Origin: Eledone cirrhosa
Taxonomy: Eukaryota
Direction of reading: 5' to 3'
Assembly (NCBI GenBank): GCA_964016885.1
Contig: OZ024753.1
Span: 44,764,001-44,828,000 of the forward strand
DNA length: 64,000 nucleotides
Shown here: positions 28,501-41,410 of the stretch, one piece after another
How the letters are laid out: each line of letters starts with the position of its first letter
Position numbering within the stretch: the first letter of the stretch is position 1
The notes under the pieces: model-generated
The model's input: only the letters and a program-made list of their open reading frames with translations
What the model was told of the DNA's origin: nothing
The model's database searches: none
Program-made: the position numbers and the translations under genes

Positions 28501-29087
28501 TTCCCAGGGGATAGTAAGATTCTGTTCTATTAAAATCCTGGAATGTGGATCAGTTCAGAGAAAACCCGTAACTCTTAGATTTACCTGGAAAAAGTCCTAG
28601 ATTTACTCCTAGATTTACCTAAGAAAAGAGAAAAGAGAAATAGAAACCAAATTGTAAAATTCCAAGAATTTATATTTGGTTATGAACTTCTCCTAAACCA
28701 CTTTTTCATGATTGATCACTATTTTGTATTGATTATACATAGATGAAAGTAACAATTGATTAGAAAATTTTGCTTGAGCCTACATTACTTCTTCTACTGT
28801 ACTTCAATGAAAGGTCAACATTTAAAATTGTTTTTATCGCATTTAAACATCCTTTGTCATCATATCGGTAAAAAAACGTCAAGACAGAAAAAAAAATCCA
28901 ATAATTATCGATACCTATTAACTTTTGATCAAGTATATTTTAAGAAATAAAGAAGAATTCTTATTATTTGAAGCTGTAAAATCTAAACTTAGACAAGAAA
29001 ATAAGTGAAAAAAAATCTATTTCTTTCTTTCATATTCCTGACTAAAATACTCTCAACCTCGTAACAATCAAATCTATTTCTTTGCAG

Positions 29088-29225
29088 ATGGCACTGGGTT
29101 GCAGAGAAAACAGAACCAATGATCAGACCAAACCAAGGAAACAATGTTTACTTTTATCTTTCTATTTTGCTGACACTATCTTCTGCTGACAACTCCTGGC
29201 TGCAGGACCATTCTAAAATTAACAA
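29088..29225 (+). other. Candidate isolated exon (138 nt)
   Basis: Acceptor TATTTCTTTGCAG ending at 29087, donor GTAAGT at 29226; one frame is open throughout (WHWVAEKTEPMIRPNQGNNVYFYLSILLTLSSADNSWLQDHSKIN). No homology recognised. Confidence 0.4.
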
Positions 29226-29497
29226 GTAAGTCATTAAATTTTGATACTGAATTCAATGTCACCCATAGTGAAATGTTGATGATTTCCTCGGTGTCATAGA
29301 AAATGGAGCTAAGTATGAGCCTTTTTAGATTTGTAATTGATCTAATTTTAGATGAAACACTCTGGTTATAATTAGAGAAGAAATTAGAGCCAGTGTATAG
29401 CTTTATTTGCTCTCCTACTTCATTGTCTAAATCCCATTAGAGTGCTACTTTATTCCATACTTTTAGTTATACACCAAGTTGATTCACTATCATTATA

Positions 29498-29902
29498 AGG
29501 TGGATTGGCAGTATCGGTAGAGGGTCGGACGCCATGCTTTCCAGCATAGTTATGTCCCTTTACGATCTGAGTTCAAATCACGCTGAGGTTGACTTTGCCT
29601 TTCATCCTTACGGGGTCGATAAAATAAAGTACCAGTAATGCACTGGGTAATTGCTGGCCTTGTGCCTAAAGTAGAAACAATTATAAGGGTGAGGTTTTGG
29701 AAGTATTGGTAGAGCATTGGACACCATGCTTTGCAGCATAGAGTTATGGCCCTTTAGATTCTGAGTTCAAATCCCGTCGAGGTTAGCTTTGCCTTTCATC
29801 CTTGCAGGGTCGATAAAATAAAGTACCAGTAATGCACTGGAGTCAATTTAATCAACTTTCCCCTCCCTCTGAAATTGCTAGCCTTCTGCCTAAAGTAGAA
29901 AT
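29498..29902 (+). mobile_element. Two tandem SINE family A copies (29498-29685, 29686-29902)
   Basis: Each has an A-box-like head, the GAGTTCAAATC B-box, the GCCTTTCATCCT core and a AAAGTAGAAA end. Confidence 0.85.
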
Positions 29903-29903
29903 C

Positions 29904-30992
29904 TGGATTGGCAGTATAGGTAGAGGGTCGGACACCATGCTGGGGTGGTCGACTGGCAGTATAGGTAGGGGGTCGGACGCCATGCTGGGGTGGTGGACTG
30001 GCAGTATAGGTAGGGGGTCGGACGCCATGCTGGGGTGGTGGACTGGCAGTATAGGTAGAGGGTCGGACACCATGCTGGGGTGGTGGACTGGCAGTATAGG
30101 TAGAGGGTCGGACGCCATGCTGGGGTGGTGGACTGGCAGTATAGGTAGAGGGTCGGACACCATGCTGGGGTGGTGGACTGGCAGTATAGGTAGAGGGTCG
30201 GACGCCATGCTGGGGTGGTGGACTGGCAGTATAGGTAGAGGGTCGGACACCATGCTGGGGTGGTGGATTGGCAGTATTGGTAGAGGGTCAGACGCCATGC
30301 TGGGGTGGTGGATTGGCAGTATAGGTAGAGGGTCGGACGCCATGCTGGGGTGGTGGACTGGCAGAATTGGTAGAGGGTCGGACGCCATGCTGGGGTGGTG
30401 GATTGGCTATATTGGTAGAGGGTCGGACGCCATGCTGGGGTGGTGGACTGGCAGTATTGGTAGAGGGTCGGACGCCATGCTGGGGTGGTGGATTGGCAGT
30501 ATAGGTAGAGGGTCGGACGCCATGCTGGGGTGGTGGACTGGCAGTATTGGTAGAGGGTCGGACGCCATGCTGGGGTGGTGGATTGGCAGTATTGGTAGAG
30601 GGTCGGACGCCATGCTGGGGTGGTGGATTGGTAGTATTGGTAGAGGGTCGGACGCCATGCTGGGGTGGTGGACTGGCAGTATTGGTAGAGGGTCGGACGC
30701 CATGCTGGGGTGGTGGATTGGCAGTATTGGTAGAGGGTCGGACGCCATGCTGGGGTGGTGGATTGGCAGTATTGGTAGAGGGTCGGACGCCATGCTGGGG
30801 TGGTGGATTGGCAGTATTGGTAGAGGGTCGGACACCATACTTTGATGTATAGAGTTACGGCCCTTACCATTCTGAGTTCAAATCCCGCCGAGGTTAACTT
30901 TGCCTTTCATCCTTATGGGGTCGATAAAATAAAGTACCAGTAATACACTGAGATAATTGCTGGCCTTGTGCCAAAAGTAGAAGCAATTATTA
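29904..30992 (+). mobile_element. SINE family A copy whose 39-bp 5' head is amplified about 24x
   Basis: Unit TGGATTGGCAGTATTGGTAGAGGGTCGGACGCCATGCTGGGGTGG-type (13-codon period in the ORF track) over 29904-30838, then one B-box, core and tail at 30839-30992. Confidence 0.9.
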
Positions 30993-31534
30993 TTGGTAGT
31001 AGTAGTAGTAGTAGTATTGTTATTGTTACATTTTAAATTGTTGATTTTGTGTATTCTACTTTTTTTGAAGTACCAGTAATACACGGAGTTGTTTCCGTTA
31101 AATATTCTGATTACTTTTTAAATTATTGAGTTTGTGTTTAAATCCACCCTGCAAAAAATAAAAATCCATATTTGTGCATAAGAATAGTTAAAAATCTTAA
31201 ATGTTAATCTTCAAGATTTAAATAACATGCTTGTTGTGTTTTTACACCATTCTGACTCTGGCAACACAAACAAAATTAACTTCTATATATTTTAAAGGCC
31301 ATCTTTATTTCTTTTCTCTCATTTTTCTTCCATACAACATTAAATAGTTGCACAGTAGGATATATATCTTACGTGTCACAACAACACCTTTGAACAATTG
31401 CACAAATCTTTGGGATTATTCATGACAATATTTAAACAATACTTTTGTCAATGTTTTGTTGGTAATATTTTCACTAGAGAAAGGAATGAAAATATATATT
31501 TATATATATATATATATATAGTAATAATAATAAA

Positions 31535-31675
31535 TTTGAAGACTAAAATCCAAAGAGGGCTCGATAAGGATAAATATATATCAGATATATAAGAACCGTA
31601 GAGCAAATATTTATTAAAATAACAGATTAAAGTTTAAGCAAAGAATCGCTGCTTTCACCCTTAACGGGTCTTCTA
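31535..31675 (-). mobile_element. TA-flanked repeat with 5'-clipped hammerhead core; second copy at 54030-54170
   Basis: Minus: (TA)GAAGA-CCCGTTAAGGGT-GAAA-GCAGCGATTCTTTGC-TTA. Both copies share GAAGAC.AAAATCCAAAGAGGGCTCGATAA. Confidence 0.55.
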
Positions 31676-32873
31676 TATATATATACACATATACATATTT
31701 ATATATATATATACACATAAATATGTGTGTGTATACACATATATACACATAAATATGTGTGTGTATACACATATATACACATACATATTTATCTATATAT
31801 ACACATAAATATGTGTATATATATATATATATATACACATAAATATATATATTCTTATTGCTTTCGCCCCTCTCCCCACCTCCAGTACACCATCTTTACC
31901 ATTTCTGTTATAATCGAACGTCACTGCTGAAATAAGTGCTTCTGAAACTGCATCAGCTTCTAACAATTTTCTTTCTTAAAGACTTAATTACATTGGCGCC
32001 AATTTACTTTGTTATAACGAATGAATTTTAAACATAGATAATATTTGATGGTATTTTAGAAGAGAATCAACTTTTACTTATTGTTTCATGTTACCTCTTT
32101 AGGCTTTTTCTTCTTTTTTTTTCTTTACAGAATTAAGGTTTGTTCTATTTTCTGTTGTCTTTTATTGTTGTTTTCTTGTACTTTATCTGTTTTATTTTCC
32201 TCCATTCTTTAGACATTTTTGAAGACATGGCAGAATATATGGCAGAATATATATCTTCTGCTACATCTGTAATTTCATTTTCTCTATTTGCAAATCTTGT
32301 TTCAGATGTTGTAAAACTGTTTGACGGCTGGGTTTTCGGTTCACAATGATATTATTCTCACATTGGCATCGAGAAAAACAAACAAACAGAAATGGCGTCT
32401 GTGACTTTAAATCATTTCGCATCTCTGAAATTTTAAGGCAGGAATATGATTTGAAAATGCAACAATCACAAATTTTAAAACAAATTCTTATCACTTTGAC
32501 CTGAAAGTTTAAATCTACAGAGGAAATTATATATATATATATATGTGTGTGTGTATATATAGATACATAGATAGATAGATTGTGAGGCGCATGGTTGAGT
32601 GTCAAGAGAATTGGTTTCACAATTGTGGGGTTGTGCATTCAATTCCCAGACCGGGTGATGCATTATGTCCTTGGCCAAGACACTTTATTTCATGTTACAC
32701 CTTCTACCTGGAGTTGCGACCGATAGATAGTATTAGCAATTGGAAAGACCAATGGAAACATTGTTTACTCGGTCCAATTTGTCGAAAGTCGATCGACTAC
32801 CAATAGATAGATAGAGTGCTATATATACAAATAAGTATATATAATCCTCATTGTCGTCTTTTTCCCTTACATC

Positions 32874-32956
32874 TTAACCCTTTAGCATTTACATTACTTT
32901 ATATATACTATTGTATTTTCATGGTAAAGTCTTTATCTCGCATAATATCGGGTTAA
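32874..32956 (-). mobile_element. Internally deleted piggyBac-type MITE P1
   Basis: TTAA|CCCTTTAGCATTTAC ... GGG|TTAA. Confidence 0.65.
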
Positions 32957-33294
32957 GTAACGTCATTTTTTTAATAGTGTATTTCAGGCAGGTATATTCC
33001 ACACGTAGGTATAAGAGAACAGTTGAAATAACTTGAAATAACCTGAGTGAAATATTTGTTTGAGAAGTGAGAATCTCTCAGTTGATGTTACTATGATGAC
33101 CAAGACCATGTCTTTGTTTAGCTTCAACTATTAAATTCTTCACCTAATTAATTTATTCAATATTCCCATTTGGCAAAGTTCATAGATTTCATTCTGTTGA
33201 ATTTTAGGAGACCTTAAAATGAAAGCATATTGGTGATAAAATCTAATTAAATGTGTTATCCTTAGCACTTGGATTCAGTGGCATTATTACACCA

Positions 33295-33473
33295 GGATTG
33301 GCAGTATCGGTAGAGGGTCGGACGCCATGTTTTCTAGCATAGTTACGTCCCTTTACAGTCTGAGTTCAAATCCCGCCGAGGTTAACTTTGCCTTTCATCC
33401 TTACGGGGTCGATAAAATAAAGTACCAGTAATACACTGGGTAATTTGCTGGCCTTGTGCCTAACGTAGAAACA
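33295..33473 (+). mobile_element. SINE family A with 12-bp TSD
   Basis: Full head, B-box and core; ATTATTACACCA duplicated at 33283-33294 and 33474-33485. Confidence 0.9.
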
Positions 33474-33654
33474 ATTATTACACCATTCCTCACATCATAA
33501 TAATGAGGCTGTTGTATTTTTATAATGATATATTTCATGGGTTTGGAACAAGATTAGAAATACCTGAATATTTTTACTGGTAAAAGGCAAGGGTTATGTT
33601 GAAGACAGTTCCTTTATGTTACTTGTTTTCTTGTGGTCTTCCTTGATTACATAA

Positions 33655-34799
33655 ACACACTACATAATCCTGGCTTATATATACGCACAGCGTAATCCTG
33701 GCTTATATATACATACTACATGATCCTGGCTTATATATATACACACTATATAATCCTAGTTTATATATATACATACTATATGATCCAGGCTTATATATAC
33801 ACACTGCGTAATCCTGGCTTATATATACATACTACATGATCCTGGCTTATATATATATACACACTATATAATCCTAGTTTATATATATACATACATGATC
33901 CAGGCTTATATATACACACTGCGTAATCCTGGCTTATATATACATACTACATGATCCTGGCTTATATATATACACACTATATAATCCTAGTTTATATATA
34001 TACATACTACATGATCCAGGCTTATATATACACACTGCGTAATCCTGGCTTATATATACATACTACATGATCCTGGCTTATATATACACACTATATAATC
34101 CTGGCTTATATATATATATATATATACTACATGATCCAGGCTTATATATATACACACTATATAATCCTGGCTTATATATATATATACTACATGATCCTGG
34201 CTTATATATACACACTACGTAATCCTAGCTTATAGTATACACACTACGTAATCCTGGCTTATATATACACACACTACGTAATACTGGGTTATATATACAC
34301 ACTACGTATTCCTGGCTTATATATACACACTACGTAATCCTAGCTTATCTATACACACTACGTAATCCGAGCTTATCTATACAAACTACGTAATCCGAGC
34401 TTATCTATACAAACTACGTAATCCTGGCTTATATATACACACTACGTAATCCTAGCTTATATATACACACTACGTAATCCTAGCTTATATATACACACTA
34501 CGTAATCCTAGCTTATCTATACACACTACGTAATACTGGCTTATCTATACACACTACGTAATCCTGGCTTATATATACACACTACGTAATCCTAGCTTAT
34601 CTATACACACTACGTAATCCGAGCTTATCTATACAAACTACGTAATCCTGGCTTATATATACACACTACGTAATCCTAGCTTATCTATACACACTACGTA
34701 ATCCTAGCTTATCTATACACACTACGTAATCCTGGCTTATATATACACACTACGTAATCCTGGCTTATATATACACACTACGTAATCCTAGCTTACACA
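33655..34799. repeat. 26-30 bp minisatellite, about 40 copies
   Basis: Unit ACACTACGTAATCCTGGCTTATATATAC; a partial unit resumes at 37538-37563 after the inserted elements. Confidence 0.92.
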
Positions 34800-34974
34800 C
34801 AGTGGCGGACTGGGTCTAAAAATATTGGTTACCAAGAGATAAGGGGGGGGGGCAACGATATATAAAATGCTATCGTTTAATTTTTATAACGAATAAACAA
34901 CATTTTCAAAAAATACTTAACTGGAAACCAAAAAGTGCAATCAAATTAATTATTTTATTTATTTACTTATATGA

Positions 34975-36326
34975 AAATAATTATAATATCCGACATTGTT
35001 TTGAGAATAATAGTGTAAAATTATGACACCGGTTTAGTTATTTCATGTTACCTTTGCCCTCTCGTCCCCACGGTCATTTGATGTTCAGATTAAAGAAAGG
35101 TGGGGAGTAAATTAATTGTTTTATTTATTTACTTATATGAAACAAGGAACAAGATGCCGGGAAAGAAATTAAAAAATTTGGCCTCGTTAAAAAATAAATT
35201 TCAGCCATTACGCCTCCCATGATGCAACGGGGGCAGGTAAATAATTTGACGATTTAGCGACATCAGTTCCTAAAATTTCGCCGAGCCGAAATCTCAAGAA
35301 CGATAACTCTGTCTTTACTTAATCGCAAAAATGGGTGCAAAAAAGTTTCAGTTGGGAAAGTTTTTTTTATGTATGATTGTATTATTTTTTGTTTGTTTTT
35401 AAATTATCTTTTTTTTTTTTGTTTTGTTTTTGTTTTTTATCTAATTACGTAAGAAAGTTATTATTAATTAAATTTTAAATTTTTTTTTTATTTTTTATAA
35501 TTTTTTTTTTTTATAATTTTAACAAAAGTAAATCGGAGGGTATCTAGGTCAGTGGGTTTTGGGTATGGTAGAGCGAGATACCAATGTGACAATGATGGTA
35601 CCTGTGGGCCAACGAGATGTAGCGACCCTTTTACCCATCATTGCTCAGTACGTTTGTCCAAGTACTCTCAATGTAACCGATGGCAGTTATACAATGTCTT
35701 CCCACAACATAGTTGGTAACCATCGTTACAACTTTGTAGATCCCAACGACCCCACAATCCACACAAACCGTGTGGAAGGCAGCTGGAGGCTTTACAAAGT
35801 CAAATTTTGTGCCATGAGCGGAACAAACGAGGCACCATTCGGCACTCCCCTTCAGGAGTTCCTTTGGTGCCGTGCTATTGAAGAAAACATCTTCGGCAAT
35901 ATTAGATTAGACATTATTACGATGACACTTTGGAATATTAGAATTTATGTTTTTAAAAAAATTAACAAAAATAAAAAAAAAATGTTTTTAAAGTAAATAA
36001 TTTAAAATTTAATTAATAACTTAATAACATAAAAAAAAAAGAAAAATAATTTAAAAATCACAAAAAAAAATAATTTAACGCGGGCAACTACTAGATAACC
36101 AATTACTTAACACAAATTACGTAACACACACACACATATATATAACAACAACAACAATAGACATTCTGCTGTTAGTCAAATTTTATTTCTTCGGAAGAAC
36201 AGGAATTCTCGTCGTCATAACCGACGGAGTGCCACTTCTCTCTCTCTCTCTCTCTCTGTACTTCTCTCTCTATAAATAATAATAATATATAATAAATAAA
36301 TAATAATAATATATAATAAATGAAAA

Positions 36327-36377
<51 letters not shown>

Positions 36378-36815
36378 GAATGTGTGTGTGTATGTGTGTG
36401 TCTGTCTGTCTGTGTAATAAGTAATTTGTGTTAAAAAAACTTTCCCAACTGAAACTTTTTTGCACCCATTTTTGCGATTAAGTAAAGACAGAGTTATCGT
36501 TCTTGAGATTTCGGCTCGGCGAAATTTTAGGAACTGATGTCGCTAAATCGTCAAATTATTTACCTGCCCCCGTTGCATCATGGGAGGCGTAATGGCTGAA
36601 ATTTATTTTTTAACGAGGCCAAATTTTTTAATTTCTTTCCCGGCATCTTGTTCCTTGTTTCATATAAGTAAATAAATAAAACAATTAATTTACTCCCCAC
36701 CTTTCTTTAATCTGAACATCAAATGACCGTGGGGACGAGAGGGCAAGGGTTACATGAAATCCCTAAACCGGTGTCATAATTTTACGTAAACAATGTCGGA
36801 TATTATAATTATTTT
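34975..36815. mobile_element. Long-inverted-repeat element with Merlin transposase remnant
   Basis: Arms of about 390 bp at 34975-35368 and 36433-36815, of which about 315 bp look identical by eye; degenerate symmetry continues inward. Confidence 0.8.
35532..35915 (+). pseudogene. Merlin / IS1595 (ISXO2-like) DDE transposase fragment
   Basis: GQWVLGMVERDT...VPVGQRDVATLLPII..YVCPST..VTD...NHRYNFVDP...HTNRVEGSW...LQEFLW. The N-terminus with the first catalytic Asp is missing and the region after TD is shortened. Confidence 0.85.
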
Positions 36816-37276
36816 GAAGTTTTATTTATTTTCTATCGCTACACTTTCCGTATTTATAATTAAATAAATAAATGTAAGGTTTTATTATTTTAAATATATA
36901 AAACTTTCCGTAAGTTCTCTGGTAGCTTCGTTGGTAGGAATAATTAGTATTTCTTCTTTCGTAATGAGGTGAGAGGTTCAATATCGAGCTGGCACTGGAG
37001 GAATAAATTTATTTGATTATTTTAACTTACAAATGATATAGTGTGTGTGTATATATATAGATATATATATATATATATATATGCAGTGGTGGTCTTGCTA
37101 GGTTGCTCGATGGCAAAATTGTTTTGTTTTGTTTTGTTATTTTTGTTCTGAATCTTAGACTTCAGATTTTTTTTTTAACGCAAAGCATTGGATCTGAAAT
37201 ACTACGGTGGGCCCCTGTAATACTACCGTGCCCCCGTGGGTCCACTTACCATATGGCAGCCAGTCTGCCACTGCTT

Positions 37277-37531
37277 CATCATCATCATCATCATCACCGT
37301 TTTACGTCCGTTCTTCCACGCTAGCATGGGTTAGATGGGTTGTCCTGTTGTGGGCAGTGTCTGGTCGGCTGACCATGCCTTGCTCATACAGGAACTGATT
37401 TGGCTTGATTTCTACAGGCTGGATGCCCTTCCTAACACCAACCTCATTTACAGTGAGTGCTGGGTGCTTTTTCGTGGCGCCTACACGTCCACTTTACAGT
37501 GTGGGCTGGGTGCTTTTTTGCCGTGGCACCT
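37277..37531 (-). mobile_element. 5'-truncated RTE-tailed SINE with 9-bp TSD
   Basis: (GAT)n tail on minus; shares GGTGCCACGGCAAAAAAGCACCCAG and CATCCAGC.TGTAGAAATCAAGCC with 8130-8220; CCACTGCTT duplicated at 37268-37276 and 37532-37540. Confidence 0.85.
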
Positions 37532-37571
37532 CCACTGCTTACATATACATACTACATGATCCTCACTTACA

Positions 37572-37850
37572 GACAGTATCTTTCATTAGAAATATGGTAA
37601 CGAAAGGGCTAAAGACATAGACAGTGTCTTTCATTAGAAATATGGTAATGAAAGGGTTAAAGACATAGACAGTGTCTTTCATTAGAAATATGGTAATGAA
37701 AGGGTTAATGACATAGACAGTGTCTTTCATTAGAAATATGCTAATGAAAGGGTTAAAGACATAGACAGTGTCTTTCATTAGAAATATGGTAATGTAAGGG
37801 TTAAAGATATAGTATTTTTCATTAGAAATATGGTAACGAAAGATTTAACC
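37572..37850. repeat. 48-bp tandem repeat x5-6 derived from a piggyBac-type MITE end (family P2)
   Basis: Unit GACAGTGTCTTTCATTAGAAATATGGTAATGAAAGGGTTAAAGACATA; the same unit occurs at 50799-51030 and reversed at about 26615-26655. Confidence 0.85.
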
Positions 37851-38997
37851 TGAGCAAATATTAAATAAATATTTGTTATAAGCACCAGGGGGGAATGGAG
37901 TAAACACAAGTTTATATTTTGTCTGATAAAATGTGATTGAATGTGTTATCATAACTTTCTATTGATTATTGTAGCCAAAGTTTCATTGACAGGCCATATA
38001 TATAACTGTCACAAAACAAAAGAAAAATAATTTCCCGCTAAATTGATTTTTACTTTCCCGTCTGCTTTCTTAGGCAAAACTTTTCAAATTTTTCATTCTT
38101 TTTACTGTTGAATTGCCAAGCTTTTGTGTCTCTTCTTTCTTACTATTGCTATCTAAATTAGTATTTCATTAGGTTGGGATTGTGACTACCATTAATAGCT
38201 TCACTGAACTATGACAAAACTTGCTTTCAAACCTACAAAACAGAATTATTATCTCTTCTTGGTAAATAACTCAAATGTGGCTAGTTTTGTTTGTCCAAGT
38301 TTCTTCTTTAGAAATTTTGCATAGACTAAAATAATTGTCTTTTTAAAATCACTTTTTATTCATGTTTGGTCTTGCTGCTGTTGTTGTTGTTTGTTCCTTT
38401 ATGCATGTTTTATTAAAATCTTTTATCATAAATCTGAATCTCTGGTCAAAGAGTAGCAAGTTTATCTCTCAGAAGACAACAACAACAACATAAGTAAGTA
38501 AGTAAGTAAAATTTTAAGTTACTGAACTTTTCATTTTTAGCTTAACTTCCTAATTTTCCACAATTTACATATATATTACATATTAAGGTAGGAAATTGGC
38601 AGAATCATTAGAATTGCAGTCAAAATACTTTGCTATAGTTGCACTGATATTTTATGTTCTGAGTTCAAATCCTGGTACTGTTAAATTTGTCTTTCATCCT
38701 TGTGGAGTTGATAAAGTACCAGTGGAGTACTGGGATCAATATAAATGAGTTTCAGCTCTCTCCAGCTTGCTGGTATTGTGCCTGAATTATAAAGGATTAT
38801 TATTACGTATTCTTCATGAGAGATTTGACAGCCAATATATATATATATATACATACATATACATATGTAAGCGTGGACAAGCAGCCATAAAAATGATGAT
38901 GCTATGTATATATATGTATATCTATGTATACATATGTGTATGTATATATGTATATATATGTGTATATATATATATCTATATTATCATCATCATCATC

Positions 38998-39468
38998 AGG
39001 CCGGTTGTATGATGCCTGTGTGAGGAGCGCGATGCTGCATGGTAGTGAGACATGGGCAGTAACTGCAGAGGACATGCGACGGCTGGAGAGAAATGAGGCA
39101 AGCATACTCCGTTGGATGTGCAGTGTAAATGTGCGTGAACGACCCAGCATAAATGTGTTGAGAGAGAAACTGTGTCTGAGAGGGATAGAATGTAGTGTAC
39201 GGGAGAGGAGACTGAGGTGGTATGGACATGTGATGCGCATGGAGGATGACCGATGGGTGAAGAAGTGCCAGGAATTGCCAGTTGAAGGAAGACGTGGTAG
39301 AGGTAGACCACGAAAAACATGGGCGGAGGTGGTGAGAACAGACCTCAGATCATTGAAGCTCACGGTGGAGATGACGAGGGACCGTGACGAGTGGAGAGAT
39401 GCTGTGCTGAATAAGACCCGTCCCACCCTTGCAAGCAGGGAAAAGCGGACGTAAAATGATGATGATGA
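38998..39468 (+). mobile_element. 5'-truncated RTE LINE, same family as 1691-2530
   Basis: GRLYDACVRSAMLHGSETW...RPTLASREKRT* with (GAT)n tail; only a few substitutions relative to 2048-2503. Confidence 0.92.
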
Positions 39469-39851
39469 TATATATATATATAATTCTTGTTAGTGTAACA
39501 TGATTTAGTTTCACAAGATCCTTCAGAAAGACAGAACATCTATTCACCCAACCACCTTCAATATCTTTCACTTCTTTCTAACTAATGATAAGTTCTATAT
39601 ATATATAAGTTATATATACATAAGTTATATATATGTTATATATACACACACACATATATATATACACACACACACATATACATATATATATATATACACA
39701 CACACATATATATATACACACATATATATATACACACACACACACATATATATATACACACACACACATATATATATACACACACACATGTATATATATA
39801 TATATACACACATATATATATATATACACACATATATATATATATACACAC

Positions 39852-39900
<49 letters not shown>

Positions 39901-39943
39901 CACACACACACATATATATATATATACAAACAGACACATACAC

Positions 39944-39980
<37 letters not shown>

Positions 39981-40043
39981 TACATGCAAGCGTGGAAGAT
40001 GGACGTTAAACGATGATGATGATATATACACACACACACACAC

Positions 40044-40075
<32 letters not shown>

Positions 40076-40104
40076 CAACACACATATATATATATATATA
40101 TACA

Positions 40105-40170
<66 letters not shown>

Positions 40171-40225
40171 TATATATATATATACACACACATATATATA
40201 TATATATATATACACACACATATAT

Positions 40226-40282
<57 letters not shown>

Positions 40283-40982
40283 CATACTGTCTCCTCTTAT
40301 TGGTCATCAGGTAATCAATGATTATTGTCTGTTGTTCAATGAATATTTGTTGTTTCTGAAGTAGTCTTATTGAAATGGATTCTCCTATTTTAAGATTCCT
40401 TACATATGCTTTAAACCCATGCACTCACTTCTTTACTTAATTTCATTGTCTGAAGTACATTTTATTTCAGAAAATATGATAGCCTTTAGATCGTTAATAA
40501 TTCTTACTAAACATGAACAATGGCTAGCTTCCTTTCTCTAGTATATTTTCTGTTTCTTTTGTTTTTTTACTAGTTGCAGCCATGGGTCTGTTTTCATAGA
40601 AAATCATTATAAACTTAATCTAAATAGCGAGACATGGTCACCCGACCAATCTTGCCTCAAGTGGCACAATTCCCGTCTAACCCATGCTAGTGTGGAAGAT
40701 AGACGTTAAAGACTGGACAGTTCCTTCTCATCAGTTAACCTCTGGAGATCCTTGTGATTTCAGTACATTTAGGTCGATATCACTAGCTCCTGTGTACATA
40801 GGACAATAACACATGGAAACAAGACAAGATGATTGATCTTTCAACTATTTTCAAATAGAATAAGATAAAATGGAATATATATATATATATATATATATAT
40901 AAACATATATATATATATATATATAAACATACTTTTTCTGTTTCTGCATTGATGTGTGTATATATTAAAAATGCAATTAGTA

Positions 40983-41044
<62 letters not shown>

Positions 41045-41099
41045 TACTATACATACATTCATGTATATATCGCTATTTCAGAGCACCAATACTAATACC

Positions 41100-41136
<37 letters not shown>

Positions 41137-41371
41137 GGGTGTTCCAACAAAATGTATGCACATATTTATTAGAATGTTTTTGGTTGTTGTAGTATTAAGG
41201 TGGCAACATGCCTCCGGTTGTAATTTTTACTGTCACATATCTAACTTATTATTATTACTCTGACCTATAATTTATAGATTTATTGATATCAACTCATTGA
41301 GTGGTTTGTAGCAGCCTCAGAAAATTGATTTTGCAACTGCTAATCGCAGCTGAAACTTTGATTATACTCAC

Positions 41372-41410
<39 letters not shown>

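Larger units (their letters stand above)
34800..37273. mobile_element. Non-autonomous hAT-type element
   Basis: TIRs CAGTGGCGGACTGG (34800) / CCAGTCTGCCACTG (ends 37273); 8-bp TSD CTTACACA / CTTACATA once the adjacent SINE is removed; subterminal GGGCCCC. Confidence 0.75.

Noticed and set aside
29832-30870. 337-aa and 326-aa repeat proteins, or a CRISPR-like array
   Set aside because: The 39-bp unit is a SINE head repeated without unique spacers; no cas genes; the ORFs exist only because 39 is a multiple of 3.
35532-35915. Bacterial IS1595 contamination or recent horizontal transfer
   Set aside because: Embedded in host repeats and decayed; eukaryotic Merlin elements already explain IS1595-like motifs.
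40285-40440. Possible Penelope GIY-YIG C-terminus (LKIGESISIR) followed by CTGATGA on the minus strand; similar hint at about 41700-41780
   Set aside because: Too degraded; the GAAA core is not intact and the protein similarity is only a few residues.
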